Virus record (IMG/VR): IMGVR_UViG_3300030104_001062
Location: 1 to 53,834 of that record
DNA length: 53,834 nt
Origin: a virus
Taxonomy: Duplodnaviria > Caudoviricetes
Direction: 5' to 3' (one strand)
Below, piece by piece: positions 21,200-30,590 of the stretch; the stretch's first letter is position 1, and the number at the start of each line of letters is the position of its first letter. The position numbers and the translations under genes were made by a program. The notes under the pieces are model-generated. The model saw only the letters and a list, made by a program, of their open reading frames with translations. It ran no database searches and had not been told where the DNA came from.

Positions 21200-21424
21200 T
21201 CAGTGTGTATATATTGATGATTTGTTAAGCATCTCATCGCCTGTTGTTTTTAAGTAACGGACAAGAGATGCAAGTTTAAATGTGCCTTCGTATTGTGGAA
21301 GACCATGCTCCATAACCCTGATCAATTCTTCTGGGTTTACAGATTCCATACGTATATCAACTTTACCATCTTGGTTGAGATACGCTTTAAATGAAAATAG
21401 TTCTGCTAATTTATTCTGTGCCAT
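21200..21424 (-). CDS. Hypothetical protein
   Basis: ORF coupled to the upstream gene. Confidence 0.65.
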   Translation of the reverse strand: MAQNKLAELFSFKAYLNQDGKVDIRMESVNPEELIRVMEHGLPQYEGTFKLASLVRYLKTTGDEMLNKSSIYTH

Positions 21425-21896
21425 GTACTGTGTCCAACTGATGTATCTTTACATTATAGCAGTCAGCTTTAAATCTAAATTTATTATCAGGATCTAGCTC
21501 ACCTTTTTTATGGTGTTTTGCTTTTTTAAAATAATCATCTTTCATTATCTTTCCCAATATCCACGCTTTAGAAAAATCGTTTAGTACACGAACAAACACA
21601 TACATATCACATTTTTGTTTTGTGCCATGTGCAGCAATACTACAGTCGTAGTTTGATTTGGGTTCAGAGTTGCAACGTTTTGTTTTGACATCTATCTTGT
21701 TGCCAACTTTATCGACTATATCATAATCATAGGTATTCTGTTCTTTTGCTTTGATGTAGTCCGTTACAACTATCTCTCCGATAAACCCTGCAAGGTTGCC
21801 CCCACCATTCGTAATAGAGTTTGCTATGCGACCCATATCAATGGCTTTCTTTCTTGCCCTAATAAATTGATCACCAGAAACTTCTAATTCTATCAT
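21411..21896 (-). CDS. PD-(D/E)xK-like hypothetical protein
   Basis: GFIGE...YDYD...IDVKTK...YVFVRV pattern. Confidence 0.6.
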   Translation of the reverse strand: MIELEVSGDQFIRARKKAIDMGRIANSITNGGGNLAGFIGEIVVTDYIKAKEQNTYDYDIVDKVGNKIDVKTKRCNSEPKSNYDCSIAAHGTKQKCDMYVFVRVLNDFSKAWILGKIMKDDYFKKAKHHKKGELDPDNKFRFKADCYNVKIHQLDTVHGTE

Positions 21897-23827
21897 GCAA
21901 CTTCTCCAATATCAACAACTTCACAAGCATCTGCAGTACACGCTAATTCTCGACTTCCTGTTGTGCTATCCTCTTTTTCATATACGGATAATTTGCTAAA
22001 GTCAATTTCTTTTGGTGTCTTTAATAACATAGATGCATACTCTCCTCTTCCACAATCTTGATAAGGTGCTTGTTGATAGACGTGATCATCATATGGTAAG
22101 AAAGATATACCTGATATTATATCAAAATTATCATATACCCACGCACCTACATTCATCCACTCATCTTCTTTCACTGTTACAGTTATGGATGGTTTGTGTT
22201 CACACCACGTTTCTGCATATATCTTCCACAATTCTAGTTGTTCAATAGCTGATATATTTTTTCGTACAATAGCATTTTTTGGTGACATTGTAGGAAATGA
22301 AAATATTGTTGTGTACTCAGGTTTTACTACATCAGGTTCGTTTATTACTCCCTCATCTTTCATAAGTTTTGTAAGAGGATCATTGTTATCTGCTCTTACT
22401 GTTCGTATGTAATACTCACTATGTCTTGCATGTATGCCACTTGCAGAGTTAGTCAGTTGCGACACAGTACCTGAGGGTTTGACACAAGTTATCGCTGCAC
22501 TCTGAGGGATACCCAGTAGTTTTGCATACTCTTGATTTGTAAGGACTGCTTCTTCCTTCATTTCTTTTAGCCATCGTGTAGAGTCTGTAGTTTTTGATAA
22601 AACTGGATGATCCATGATACCAGTTAATGATACTCCTAATAATCTTTCTTCCTCTGTGTTCTGTTTCCATACCTTCCTCAAGTATTTAAAGTTAGTTAAA
22701 GTTGATTGAAATGTTCCAAGTATCGTAGCCATACGAACTTTCTTCTTTAGTGTTTGCAGTGTATCATCACTACGAACTATAACTTCAGACAAGTTGCAAA
22801 ACTGATAAGGTCTAAGTATTATTTCAGAACATGGGTTTGTACCCCATGCATGTCCTGTTTCTCTTCTTCCGTTTTTTGCAACTTGCTTGTCTGATGCTTC
22901 ACGATTAAACATACCACGCTCACCAGACTTTGATTCATACAGAGATACCCATTCACGCATAAACGTACCCATCTCTGGTTTATTCTTGTAGGATACACTA
23001 TTATTCGCTAAAGAACGTTGTTTTTCTGTGTCATACCAATTACCAGATTTAGCGTGTCGCATTTGATCATCACCAAGATTAGATAAACTAATTAGTGCAG
23101 ATCTTCTAACCCCACCAACTACAACTACTTGCCCAACCTTGCACATAATATCGTGACATTCTATTGGATATAGTTTGCGGCCACTAGCTTTTTTAAACGT
23201 ATTTACTGTAAAATCAAATAGCTCAACTAATGGTTCAGCACCAGATGCTCTACCCCCCATAACTTTTAGTTTTGCTCCTGCAGGGCGAACTAACGACACA
23301 TCCCATGTAGGTATCTGTCCAGAGTAAAGTAATGCGACTAGCTCTTTATAGGCTTTTGCCCATCCCATTCGACTATCTGCAACGCTTATAATTGTATTGC
23401 TTCGATGAAAGTTTTCAGCAATAATTGGTAGTTTGTCTACATTTTCTCGTTCTACTGAGAACCCAACACCTGTCCCACACATAAGTATATACATGCACTC
23501 ATCAAAAGCTCTAGGATGATCAACAGGAATATAACTACAGTTGTATCCACAGATGTTATCTCTGGTTAGTGCTTCCCCGGCAGTCATCATTGCTCGCATA
23601 GATGGCATTATCTTTAGTTCTAATATGTGGTTTCTAAGTGACGAATACAAGCCTATGTTGTGTCCATCTATATCAAAGTTATGCTCATTTTTTATATGAC
23701 TTGATACGTAACTTAAATATCTGTCTACTGTTTCATCCCAATCTTCTCGCCTTTTATCTTCTTCGTTCCATCGTGCGTATCGTGATTTATGTATAAAATC
23801 TTGATAAGGTGTTGGTAAATTTTTCAT
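21893..23827 (-). CDS. nrdJ: Class II adenosylcobalamin-dependent ribonucleotide reductase (monomeric RTPR type)
   Basis: YNCS, GGVRRSA, TNPCSEI, TCVKPSGTVS and C-terminal ELACTADACE; no small-subunit gene seen. Confidence 0.92.
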   Translation of the reverse strand: MKNLPTPYQDFIHKSRYARWNEEDKRREDWDETVDRYLSYVSSHIKNEHNFDIDGHNIGLYSSLRNHILELKIMPSMRAMMTAGEALTRDNICGYNCSYIPVDHPRAFDECMYILMCGTGVGFSVERENVDKLPIIAENFHRSNTIISVADSRMGWAKAYKELVALLYSGQIPTWDVSLVRPAGAKLKVMGGRASGAEPLVELFDFTVNTFKKASGRKLYPIECHDIMCKVGQVVVVGGVRRSALISLSNLGDDQMRHAKSGNWYDTEKQRSLANNSVSYKNKPEMGTFMREWVSLYESKSGERGMFNREASDKQVAKNGRRETGHAWGTNPCSEIILRPYQFCNLSEVIVRSDDTLQTLKKKVRMATILGTFQSTLTNFKYLRKVWKQNTEEERLLGVSLTGIMDHPVLSKTTDSTRWLKEMKEEAVLTNQEYAKLLGIPQSAAITCVKPSGTVSQLTNSASGIHARHSEYYIRTVRADNNDPLTKLMKDEGVINEPDVVKPEYTTIFSFPTMSPKNAIVRKNISAIEQLELWKIYAETWCEHKPSITVTVKEDEWMNVGAWVYDNFDIISGISFLPYDDHVYQQAPYQDCGRGEYASMLLKTPKEIDFSKLSVYEKEDSTTGSRELACTADACEVVDIGEVA

Positions 23828-24084
23828 GCCCTTTCATTTCCTTTCAGTTCTTGTTCCATTTTTATTTCTATTAATTTTTGCAGATACCATTCTGCTTTTT
23901 TTAAATCTTCTACGGCATTGTTCTTGTATCTGTATCTCCACAGATATTTAATTACTACTCCTTGTAGGTAATATTCAAACCCACTGTTTGTTGCTGATTC
24001 GATAGCATCAATACATTCTATTTTATTTTGATTGTAGTGGGGGGGTTGATTAACCATATCTTTCATTTTAAATTCATCTTTCAT
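23824..24084 (-). CDS. DUF3310 / T7 gp1.7-like nucleotide kinase family protein
   Basis: DMVNQPPHY..ECIDAI..KYLWRY..EDLKKAEWYL. Confidence 0.85.
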   Translation of the reverse strand: MKDEFKMKDMVNQPPHYNQNKIECIDAIESATNSGFEYYLQGVVIKYLWRYRYKNNAVEDLKKAEWYLQKLIEIKMEQELKGNERA

Positions 24085-24377
24085 TGTTTTTTCCCAAAAT
24101 CTACTTTTATTACATTATCTTCCACAGGTGCAAATTCTCTATTCTTAATACGAACCATTCCCATTTTTAAAATCATATTTAAATCTATATCAACCATCTC
24201 TAATATTCCTTCTTGTGCTATTGCTGCTGAACATGGATTCTTATCATCATGTACTCCTGTAGTATCATATGCAGTAAGTGTAAAGGAGTCTTCATCTACT
24301 TTGTTTAATATAATATAATATCTATCGGGCAGTAAAGTTAATTTTTCTATTTGTCTTTCTTTTTCTCCATCACTCAT
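24081..24377 (-). CDS. Hypothetical protein
   Basis: Coupled ORF; C-terminal NVIKVDF motif. Confidence 0.65.
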   Translation of the reverse strand: MSDGEKERQIEKLTLLPDRYYIILNKVDEDSFTLTAYDTTGVHDDKNPCSAAIAQEGILEMVDIDLNMILKMGMVRIKNREFAPVEDNVIKVDFGKKQ

Positions 24378-24735
24378 TTTTCAACCACTCTCTTGGTACA
24401 GCTTTTTCTGCCCATTCAAATCCATGTCTGTTACACCAATCACCATATGTTGTATTACTGTTTTTGTAAAGTTTATTTTTTGCATTTCCAAAAACAAATC
24501 GAATATCACACTCTGGATGTTGTTGTTTTATCAAAATCATCTTAGATCTGTCTTCTCGTGTTAACCTGCCTTTTGCTTCTATGTATATGTCTGTTTCTGG
24601 TATGTAGAAGTCTGGAGTGTAGTGTCTAACTTTAGGAACGTAAGGCAACCTGATTGTTTCGTACTTAAATTTGCCACCTTCTTGTGCCATCTTAACGGCT
24701 AATATTTTTTCAAATTGTGATCTATATACTGGCAT
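24370..24735 (-). CDS. T7 gp3-like endonuclease I (Holliday junction resolvase)
   Basis: YRSQFE, YTPDF, IEAKG, DIRFVF, TTYGDWC; likely start ATG 24735. Confidence 0.9.
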   Translation of the reverse strand: MPVYRSQFEKILAVKMAQEGGKFKYETIRLPYVPKVRHYTPDFYIPETDIYIEAKGRLTREDRSKMILIKQQHPECDIRFVFGNAKNKLYKNSNTTYGDWCNRHGFEWAEKAVPREWLKNE

Positions 24736-25118
24736 TACGAAAATGTCTCCTTTATGTAGTTCATTCTTGTTGTTAACATCTTTGCCACTTCTGGGGAGTG
24801 TTTTTCTAAATTCTCTAGCTCTCTTTGAAATGGTGTAATTGGAAGACATATAATAGTTTGACTCCATAATTTTTGTTGTATATCTTTAAATTGTTTTAAG
24901 AGAGTTGCCTTATCTCGTGATTGTGTATCAGAGATTAGATGTCCTTTGGCCGCATAGTTTTCTCGCAACGTTACTGGTATGCCTTTAAGATGTCCTCTCA
25001 ACACTGCTAACATCCTACCCCCACCCATTTCTTTACGTGACTCTACATACATACAAGCCATATGAGGGTTCAACGATATGAACTCAATATCATAATCGTT
25101 TGTGTATACTAATGACAT
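24735..25118 (-). CDS. Hypothetical protein
   Basis: AAGGAG RBS before ATG 25118. Confidence 0.65.
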   Translation of the reverse strand: MSLVYTNDYDIEFISLNPHMACMYVESRKEMGGGRMLAVLRGHLKGIPVTLRENYAAKGHLISDTQSRDKATLLKQFKDIQQKLWSQTIICLPITPFQRELENLEKHSPEVAKMLTTRMNYIKETFS

Positions 25119-25993
25119 TACAAACTCCTTTGTACGTACCGAGTGTACCAAATCTGTGGTGGAGACTTTGCCTTTGATGTAATCTTGTTTTCAAGTCTAG
25201 CATCTTCCCAACAATGTTTTTTATACTCACAGAAAGAACACAACTTAGGCATCAGTCTGTTTTTAGTTCGGACTATTTCACCATCTTTTCTGTAAGTTTC
25301 CCAATCATCTTTTAGTTTTGCCTTTTTAAAGTCTGCTTTCTTAACAACTTTAACGATGTTATCAGCCTGTTGCAAAACTCTTTTTCTTTCACTTATATCC
25401 TCTGGTGCATCAACAACAGCCCATTCACCTGTGGACTTATTAATTACAATCCAACCACCAAACGGCATATTGTTTGCTTCGCCATACAGATGTCCTTGTA
25501 CTATGTATCCAAATGGATCATCTTCCTTTATCTTATCATATCCGTTTTTAAATTTTTGATCAAAAGAAAAGGGGGATGCTGATTTAATGTCCCAAACTTT
25601 TTTTGTTCCATCTTCATCTAAGATAACATCTAATGTTCCTTTTATGTTTTCTTTATCCAATACAATAGAACATGGCTTTTGTTCACCCACAACTTTTATT
25701 CCTGCAGCTTTAATAACAAGCATAGCAACTGCTTCAATTAAATCACCAAACAGGAAACGCATTATATCGTTGTAGGAACTCTCTTTAGGACAATCTTGCA
25801 TACTAAGTATCTGTTGACAGACAGGTCTACCTATGCCAGACATTCTTAGTTTAGCACCTTCTCGTCTATTAAATTGTTTTTTTATTGCAGTTTCGCAAGA
25901 ATCTTTGAACTCTTGGATAAGATGATCAGGGAGTTTAACTTCTCCCTGACCAGCTTTGTCTAAAAACTCCTGTATACTAACTAGCAACAGCAT
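25118..25993 (-). CDS. PD-(D/E)xK (Cas4/RecB-like) exonuclease
   Basis: LRMSGIGRPVC, GTLD..WDIKS, QGHLY, CSFCEYKKHCW. Confidence 0.85.
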   Translation of the reverse strand: MLLLVSIQEFLDKAGQGEVKLPDHLIQEFKDSCETAIKKQFNRREGAKLRMSGIGRPVCQQILSMQDCPKESSYNDIMRFLFGDLIEAVAMLVIKAAGIKVVGEQKPCSIVLDKENIKGTLDVILDEDGTKKVWDIKSASPFSFDQKFKNGYDKIKEDDPFGYIVQGHLYGEANNMPFGGWIVINKSTGEWAVVDAPEDISERKRVLQQADNIVKVVKKADFKKAKLKDDWETYRKDGEIVRTKNRLMPKLCSFCEYKKHCWEDARLENKITSKAKSPPQIWYTRYVQRSL

Positions 25994-26828
25994 CGAAGTC
26001 TTTGGAAAGGTCTGAATCTTCTTCAGATACATTACCTTTTAAAGCTTCGTTGTACTGCTTCATAACGTTAACATTTGCAGCATCAATGGTATCTTTGAAC
26101 ATTCTGATTAAAGTTTTATCCTCATCGGATAGAGAAGTCAAAGACTTACCTTCAGTTGGTACAGGTACAAAAAATGTAACTGAACCTTTCTTCATTTTAG
26201 ACGTTTTTAAATCAATCCAAATTCTTTGCATGATTTTTTTCTGTTTGTTTAGTCCTGTAATAAAATTGTTTATAGGCATAAACCCAGATTTCTTAAAGTA
26301 ACTGACAATAGGCAGGTTATCTATCTCCACATCATTGCCATCAGCATCTTTCATTTTGCCAGATAACACTCCGTAAATAACTTGATTACACGTGACTGCT
26401 TTAGATGTAATCAGTCGAGGATCATCATCTGGTAAAGTTTCTGCTTCTTCTTTCGCTAGACGACCACATTTGTTGCCACCTATCGTGTCTGCAAAGTCTC
26501 CAGACAGACTTGCTTTTTGAACAGAATTACAAATGGGTTTCCCCTCATCTGCATCAAAAAGCGACCACATGAACGATCTCATAAATACACGTAATTTAAT
26601 CTCTGGGGCATATAAATATCGTCCATCATACCAGACTCTCCAATCACCCTTTTTTAGAGTTTGTCCAGTATCAGTTTCGGTTTCGTAGTTAATAGCCAGT
26701 TTGGACAACTCACTTTTAACTTGTCCATCATCCTGACCTGTTAGTTGCATCAGAGCTTGATCATCATCATTTTCTAATGCTTCGACCATCTTACCAAATT
26801 GGTCATTTATTGTTGCTAAATTATTTAT
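25977..26828 (-). CDS. Putative single-stranded DNA-binding protein
   Basis: Between pol and exonuclease; acidic C-terminal tail; AAGGAG 8 nt before in-frame ATA 26828 (first ATG 26789). Confidence 0.65.
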   Translation of the reverse strand: MNNLATINDQFGKMVEALENDDDQALMQLTGQDDGQVKSELSKLAINYETETDTGQTLKKGDWRVWYDGRYLYAPEIKLRVFMRSFMWSLFDADEGKPICNSVQKASLSGDFADTIGGNKCGRLAKEEAETLPDDDPRLITSKAVTCNQVIYGVLSGKMKDADGNDVEIDNLPIVSYFKKSGFMPINNFITGLNKQKKIMQRIWIDLKTSKMKKGSVTFFVPVPTEGKSLTSLSDEDKTLIRMFKDTIDAANVNVMKQYNEALKGNVSEEDSDLSKDFDAVAS

Positions 26829-26863
26829 TTTAATTTCTCCTTTTAAGAAAGTTAGCGATAAAT

Positions 26864-28402
26864 TTATTCTACAGGATAAACAACGTTGGTGTCAAGCCAA
26901 TTCTCACCTTTTTTTATTTCTATTTCAACAGGCATTAAGTAATTGATTTTGTAACGTTTTTTAAGATCGGCCGCAACACCCAGCATGGAAACTTTTAAAA
27001 TTTCTATCACATGTAGTTCTTCATCTGGATGACAATCAACTACGATTGAGTCGTGTACCGTATTACAAATTATAGATTTATATGGTCTTAATCTTTTCTC
27101 TAATTCGACTAAACAACAGGGCAAAATATCAGCCGTTGCAAATCCTTGAACAGGGTAATTACAGATAGCAGTTCTGTTTGTTGCAGTACCCCATTTTGTC
27201 CATTGTGTATCCGGGAAACAGTATCTGCGACCAGAGGGCAGTATGATTTGTTTTGTTTGTACGGCTTCTTTCTGCAGGTCTTCGTGCCAATCTGTTACAC
27301 CTTCATACTTTTTCTTAAACGCTCTGTAATATTTTTGTTGTTCAGGTGTACCTGTAGTGCCACCGTACAATGGTTTGAATGTATCTGCTTTTGCCGTTTG
27401 TCTATCACAACCAATGACAGACGCTGTATATGAATGTACATCTACACCTTCTTTTACATCTTTATATATTTGCGAATCATTTGCCAAAAACCCTGCAACT
27501 CTAAACTCCAACTGTGAATAATCACCTTCAATAATTGACCCACCCTCAAACCTACTCTCCACAACTTTCCGTATACGAAACGTAGATCCACGTGGCATGT
27601 TCTGAAAATTTGGGTTTCTTGACGATAGACGACCTGTAGCAGTAATGCACTGCATAAATTCTGGATGTATATAACTATTCTCATCAACATTGTTTTCCAT
27701 TCCTTCTACAAATGTACTAAGGTATGTACGCAAAGCTGAATACCTTACATACAACTCAACAAACTCTTTTGCTTCACCTTTTAAAGATGACAACATACTT
27801 TCAAGAGTTGTCTTATCTGTTTTAAATCCTGCTTGTGCAACATCCTTAGTGTTTCTTGGTACGATGCGTAATCCTGCAACTTGTTTACTTTGAGAGTATA
27901 CAACACCTGTCGCATTACAATTCTTACACAATCTATTTGCTTTGCCTAACTCTCCACTCTTAAGTCTAAATCTTTGTCGACCTTCACCTTCACATGTACC
28001 ACATTGATACCCTGTTGTCTTTGTAATTATCTGTGTGTTATTTCTTATGGTTGCGGCAAAATTAGTTTTTGACATTGGCTTACGCATCTTTACTTTCTTA
28101 GTTGCACCACGCATCTCATGCCCAATGTTAAATAGTCTTGCCCATGTTTCTTTGTTGTTTATCTTTCGTGAATAAAACAACATAGACCTATCATCTGCAC
28201 TGTTTAAATTTATTGGTGTGTCGCCCATAACATTACTTACTAATTCTTTTAGACGTTTGTCTATTGTCGTTAGCTCGTGTTCATATTCGTTGCGTATATC
28301 ATTTAATGTCTCTAGGTTTATTTTTATTCCTGCATGTTCTATCTTTGCAAGAACGTCTGTCATATCAAGCGACAAACGCAGTGTCGGCAATAGTTTCTTC
28401 AT
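26864..28402 (-). CDS. polA: Family A DNA polymerase, polymerase subunit with DnaJ-type Zn-finger insert
   Basis: TGRLSS, DYSQLEFR, motif B KADTFKPLYG (Phe at 762-equivalent), VHDS; CGTCEGEG..CKNCNATG; GAGGAG before ATG 28402. Confidence 0.92.
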   Translation of the reverse strand: MKKLLPTLRLSLDMTDVLAKIEHAGIKINLETLNDIRNEYEHELTTIDKRLKELVSNVMGDTPINLNSADDRSMLFYSRKINNKETWARLFNIGHEMRGATKKVKMRKPMSKTNFAATIRNNTQIITKTTGYQCGTCEGEGRQRFRLKSGELGKANRLCKNCNATGVVYSQSKQVAGLRIVPRNTKDVAQAGFKTDKTTLESMLSSLKGEAKEFVELYVRYSALRTYLSTFVEGMENNVDENSYIHPEFMQCITATGRLSSRNPNFQNMPRGSTFRIRKVVESRFEGGSIIEGDYSQLEFRVAGFLANDSQIYKDVKEGVDVHSYTASVIGCDRQTAKADTFKPLYGGTTGTPEQQKYYRAFKKKYEGVTDWHEDLQKEAVQTKQIILPSGRRYCFPDTQWTKWGTATNRTAICNYPVQGFATADILPCCLVELEKRLRPYKSIICNTVHDSIVVDCHPDEELHVIEILKVSMLGVAADLKKRYKINYLMPVEIEIKKGENWLDTNVVYPVE

Positions 28403-28943
28403 CTCCAAATAACTCCTCAAATGTTGTGCCAAAGGCTTCTAATTGTTTTAAAGCAACTTGCTCTGTTGCTTCAACGTCTGACCGACCATACTCTTCAATT
28501 ATGTCGTAAGGTATCTCATAGAATGTTTTACCATCTTTTAAATATCCGTCAACAAGACTTTTCTTTTTTAATGCTCCATACTTTTCAGCTACGAGTTGTA
28601 ATCCTAAACTCCAACGTCTAGAGGATGAAAGGATGTATTCAGCAACCATAGTATCATAAAGGTGATTATTATATACAAACCCACAATCACGTAGCCAAGT
28701 AATATCGAACTTGATATTGTGACCAATGAGGACATCAACGTTGTCCAAAGATTCTTGCAATAATTCTTTAGCCTTGAAGTCAGGTTTACGAACAGAATGA
28801 TTAAAGCATAAGTAAGAGGTAAAGCTATCCATGTACTTATAGCCAACGCTAACGAGTTTGTTGCCAAAATAAGGTAAGGGAGTGTGTCCACCATTAGTCT
28901 TCTCCTTGTGTGTTGTTTCTACGTCTAGTGTCATGTAAATCAT
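28365..28943 (-). CDS. 3'-5' exonuclease domain of PolA encoded separately
   Basis: LDVET (ExoI), GHNIKFD (ExoII), YGRSDV (ExoIII). Confidence 0.88.
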   Translation of the reverse strand: MIYMTLDVETTHKEKTNGGHTPLPYFGNKLVSVGYKYMDSFTSYLCFNHSVRKPDFKAKELLQESLDNVDVLIGHNIKFDITWLRDCGFVYNNHLYDTMVAEYILSSSRRWSLGLQLVAEKYGALKKKSLVDGYLKDGKTFYEIPYDIIEEYGRSDVEATEQVALKQLEAFGTTFEELFGDEETIADTAFVA

Positions 28944-29052
28944 ATTTTTTTTGTCTCTCTTTCTTTTTATCATACTTCTTTTTATCTGGCATTATTCTAC
29001 GTCTATTGTGTGCCATCATTAGTAGTCTAGCTATTGGGTTTATCTTTTGCAT
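28894..29052 (-). CDS. Small basic protein, 52 aa (NPIAR...PDKKKY), absent from the ORF track
   Basis: Manual translation MQKINPIARLLMMAHNRRRIMPDKKKYDKKKERQ..; fills the gap between HNH and exonuclease genes. Confidence 0.65.
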   Translation of the reverse strand: MQKINPIARLLMMAHNRRRIMPDKKKYDKKKERQKKYDLHDTRRRNNTQGED

Positions 29053-29377
29053 TTTTACGAGGTCCTGATGAAACTAATTTATTTTGTCTTTGATATTCTG
29101 AGTGTACTGCATGACAGTTAGCACAAAGAACTCTACACTTTCTCATTTCTTTTTTTATAGCTTCTATTGAGTAATTATTCATCCTGCTAATAATTTTAAA
29201 TTTAGTTTTAGGATCTATGTGATCAAACTGTAAAGCACATGCATGTTTTCTATAACCACATAATTCACAACCCAAAAAAAGTTTTACTCGTTTGATAAAT
29301 CTTTTTCTATGCAAACTTGTATTCTTTTTAGATAACTGTTTTTTCTTTTTAGTTGACTCTTTAATAATACACTCCAT
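29027..29377 (-). CDS. HNH endonuclease-like Zn-binding protein
   Basis: CELCG..FDHIDP..CRVLCANCH. Confidence 0.75.
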   Translation of the reverse strand: MECIIKESTKKKKQLSKKNTSLHRKRFIKRVKLFLGCELCGYRKHACALQFDHIDPKTKFKIISRMNNYSIEAIKKEMRKCRVLCANCHAVHSEYQRQNKLVSSGPRKNAKDKPNS

Positions 29378-30590
29378 GTTCTACATCTATATTACAATTC
29401 AACATACCATGCCAACCATTTATTTTATTTTTTGATATACAGATATGTCGCACTATATTCTCAACTTCACTTGAGCCTGTTTTACCTATGCCCACTATTA
29501 CATCTGCTTCTCCTGCTTTGCCTGTCTTACTATTGTCAAGCATTGCATAGTCAATGAAAGCACGATCATGTGCTTCATAACTTGCTTGGGAAACTGCCCA
29601 CAATAAAAGATTTCCACGTTTTGCAACTTCTCTAGCAAGTATGTAAATCTCTTTCAATCGTTCATCCCCACGACCAAACTCACCACGCACCTTAAACTTA
29701 TCCAACTGATCACAAAACATTATGTCAGGCTTGTTCAACTGTGCATAGTCGTTTACCTCTTCAATAGATGTTCCAACTGAATCCATAATCCGTAGGTATG
29801 GCTTTATTTCTTTTCTGTACAGTTCAATATACTTCTCACGATCTGTATTTAGTTCTTGTTTTGTCACGTTAAAATAACTTTGTATAATTCGTAATTTTAT
29901 GTTTACGGCAGGTTCTTCGTTAGCCCAGTACACGACTAATCTTTTCTGTCGTATGTAACTGGCACATAAGAAAGCACAGAATGTCGTCTTACCTACTTCT
30001 GGTCTGGCAAATATAATACCTAAGTTACCCCTCCACATACCTTGCAGCACATCACTAATGATGCCCCAATCAAATGGAAAATCAGGCTGTCCAGCACCAT
30101 GATCAAGCAACTCTCCAAGATCCATGTCAACTTCAGTATATGTCGTTTTGTTTTCCATGCGACCATCTTCAACTGTATCTATAATGCGTTGCAATTCACC
30201 AAAGTCTTCATCCTGTCCTGTAAATATGGATATGGCTTTCTCACCAATGATCCTTGCTCTGTCACGCAACCAAAAGTTTTTGACTATATCCATTTGTAAG
30301 TCGTGGTTGTTTGCATCAGGTGGTAGTGAATCAACTACAAGAGATAGTTCTTTCTTTGAGGAAGATGGCATAGCAGGATGTTTGTCAACATGCAATGCAA
30401 ACAATTCATCTTTTGTCAGGTCTTTCTCATAGTTTGTATGTGCAAATGAAATACTTCTGAACAATTCTTTTAACTGTCCAGAAAACATTTCGTCATCAAG
30501 TATGTTTTTTACTTTGTTGAAAAAGTCATGGTTTAAACAAAACCCTATGACCTTATGATCAATTGATATGTTTTCTAATGATTCGTTCAC
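29361..30590 (-). CDS. DnaB/T7 gp4-like replicative helicase
   Basis: Walker A ARPEVGKT, CDQLD, VSQAS, SKTGKAGEAD, KNK. Confidence 0.9.
   Translation of the reverse strand: MNESLENISIDHKVIGFCLNHDFFNKVKNILDDEMFSGQLKELFRSISFAHTNYEKDLTKDELFALHVDKHPAMPSSSKKELSLVVDSLPPDANNHDLQMDIVKNFWLRDRARIIGEKAISIFTGQDEDFGELQRIIDTVEDGRMENKTTYTEVDMDLGELLDHGAGQPDFPFDWGIISDVLQGMWRGNLGIIFARPEVGKTTFCAFLCASYIRQKRLVVYWANEEPAVNIKLRIIQSYFNVTKQELNTDREKYIELYRKEIKPYLRIMDSVGTSIEEVNDYAQLNKPDIMFCDQLDKFKVRGEFGRGDERLKEIYILAREVAKRGNLLLWAVSQASYEAHDRAFIDYAMLDNSKTGKAGEADVIVGIGKTGSSEVENIVRHICISKNKINGWHGMLNCNIDVEHGVYY

Noticed and set aside
25118-25993. Cas4-like nuclease as CRISPR-related
   Set aside because: Standard phage replication-module exonuclease; no array present
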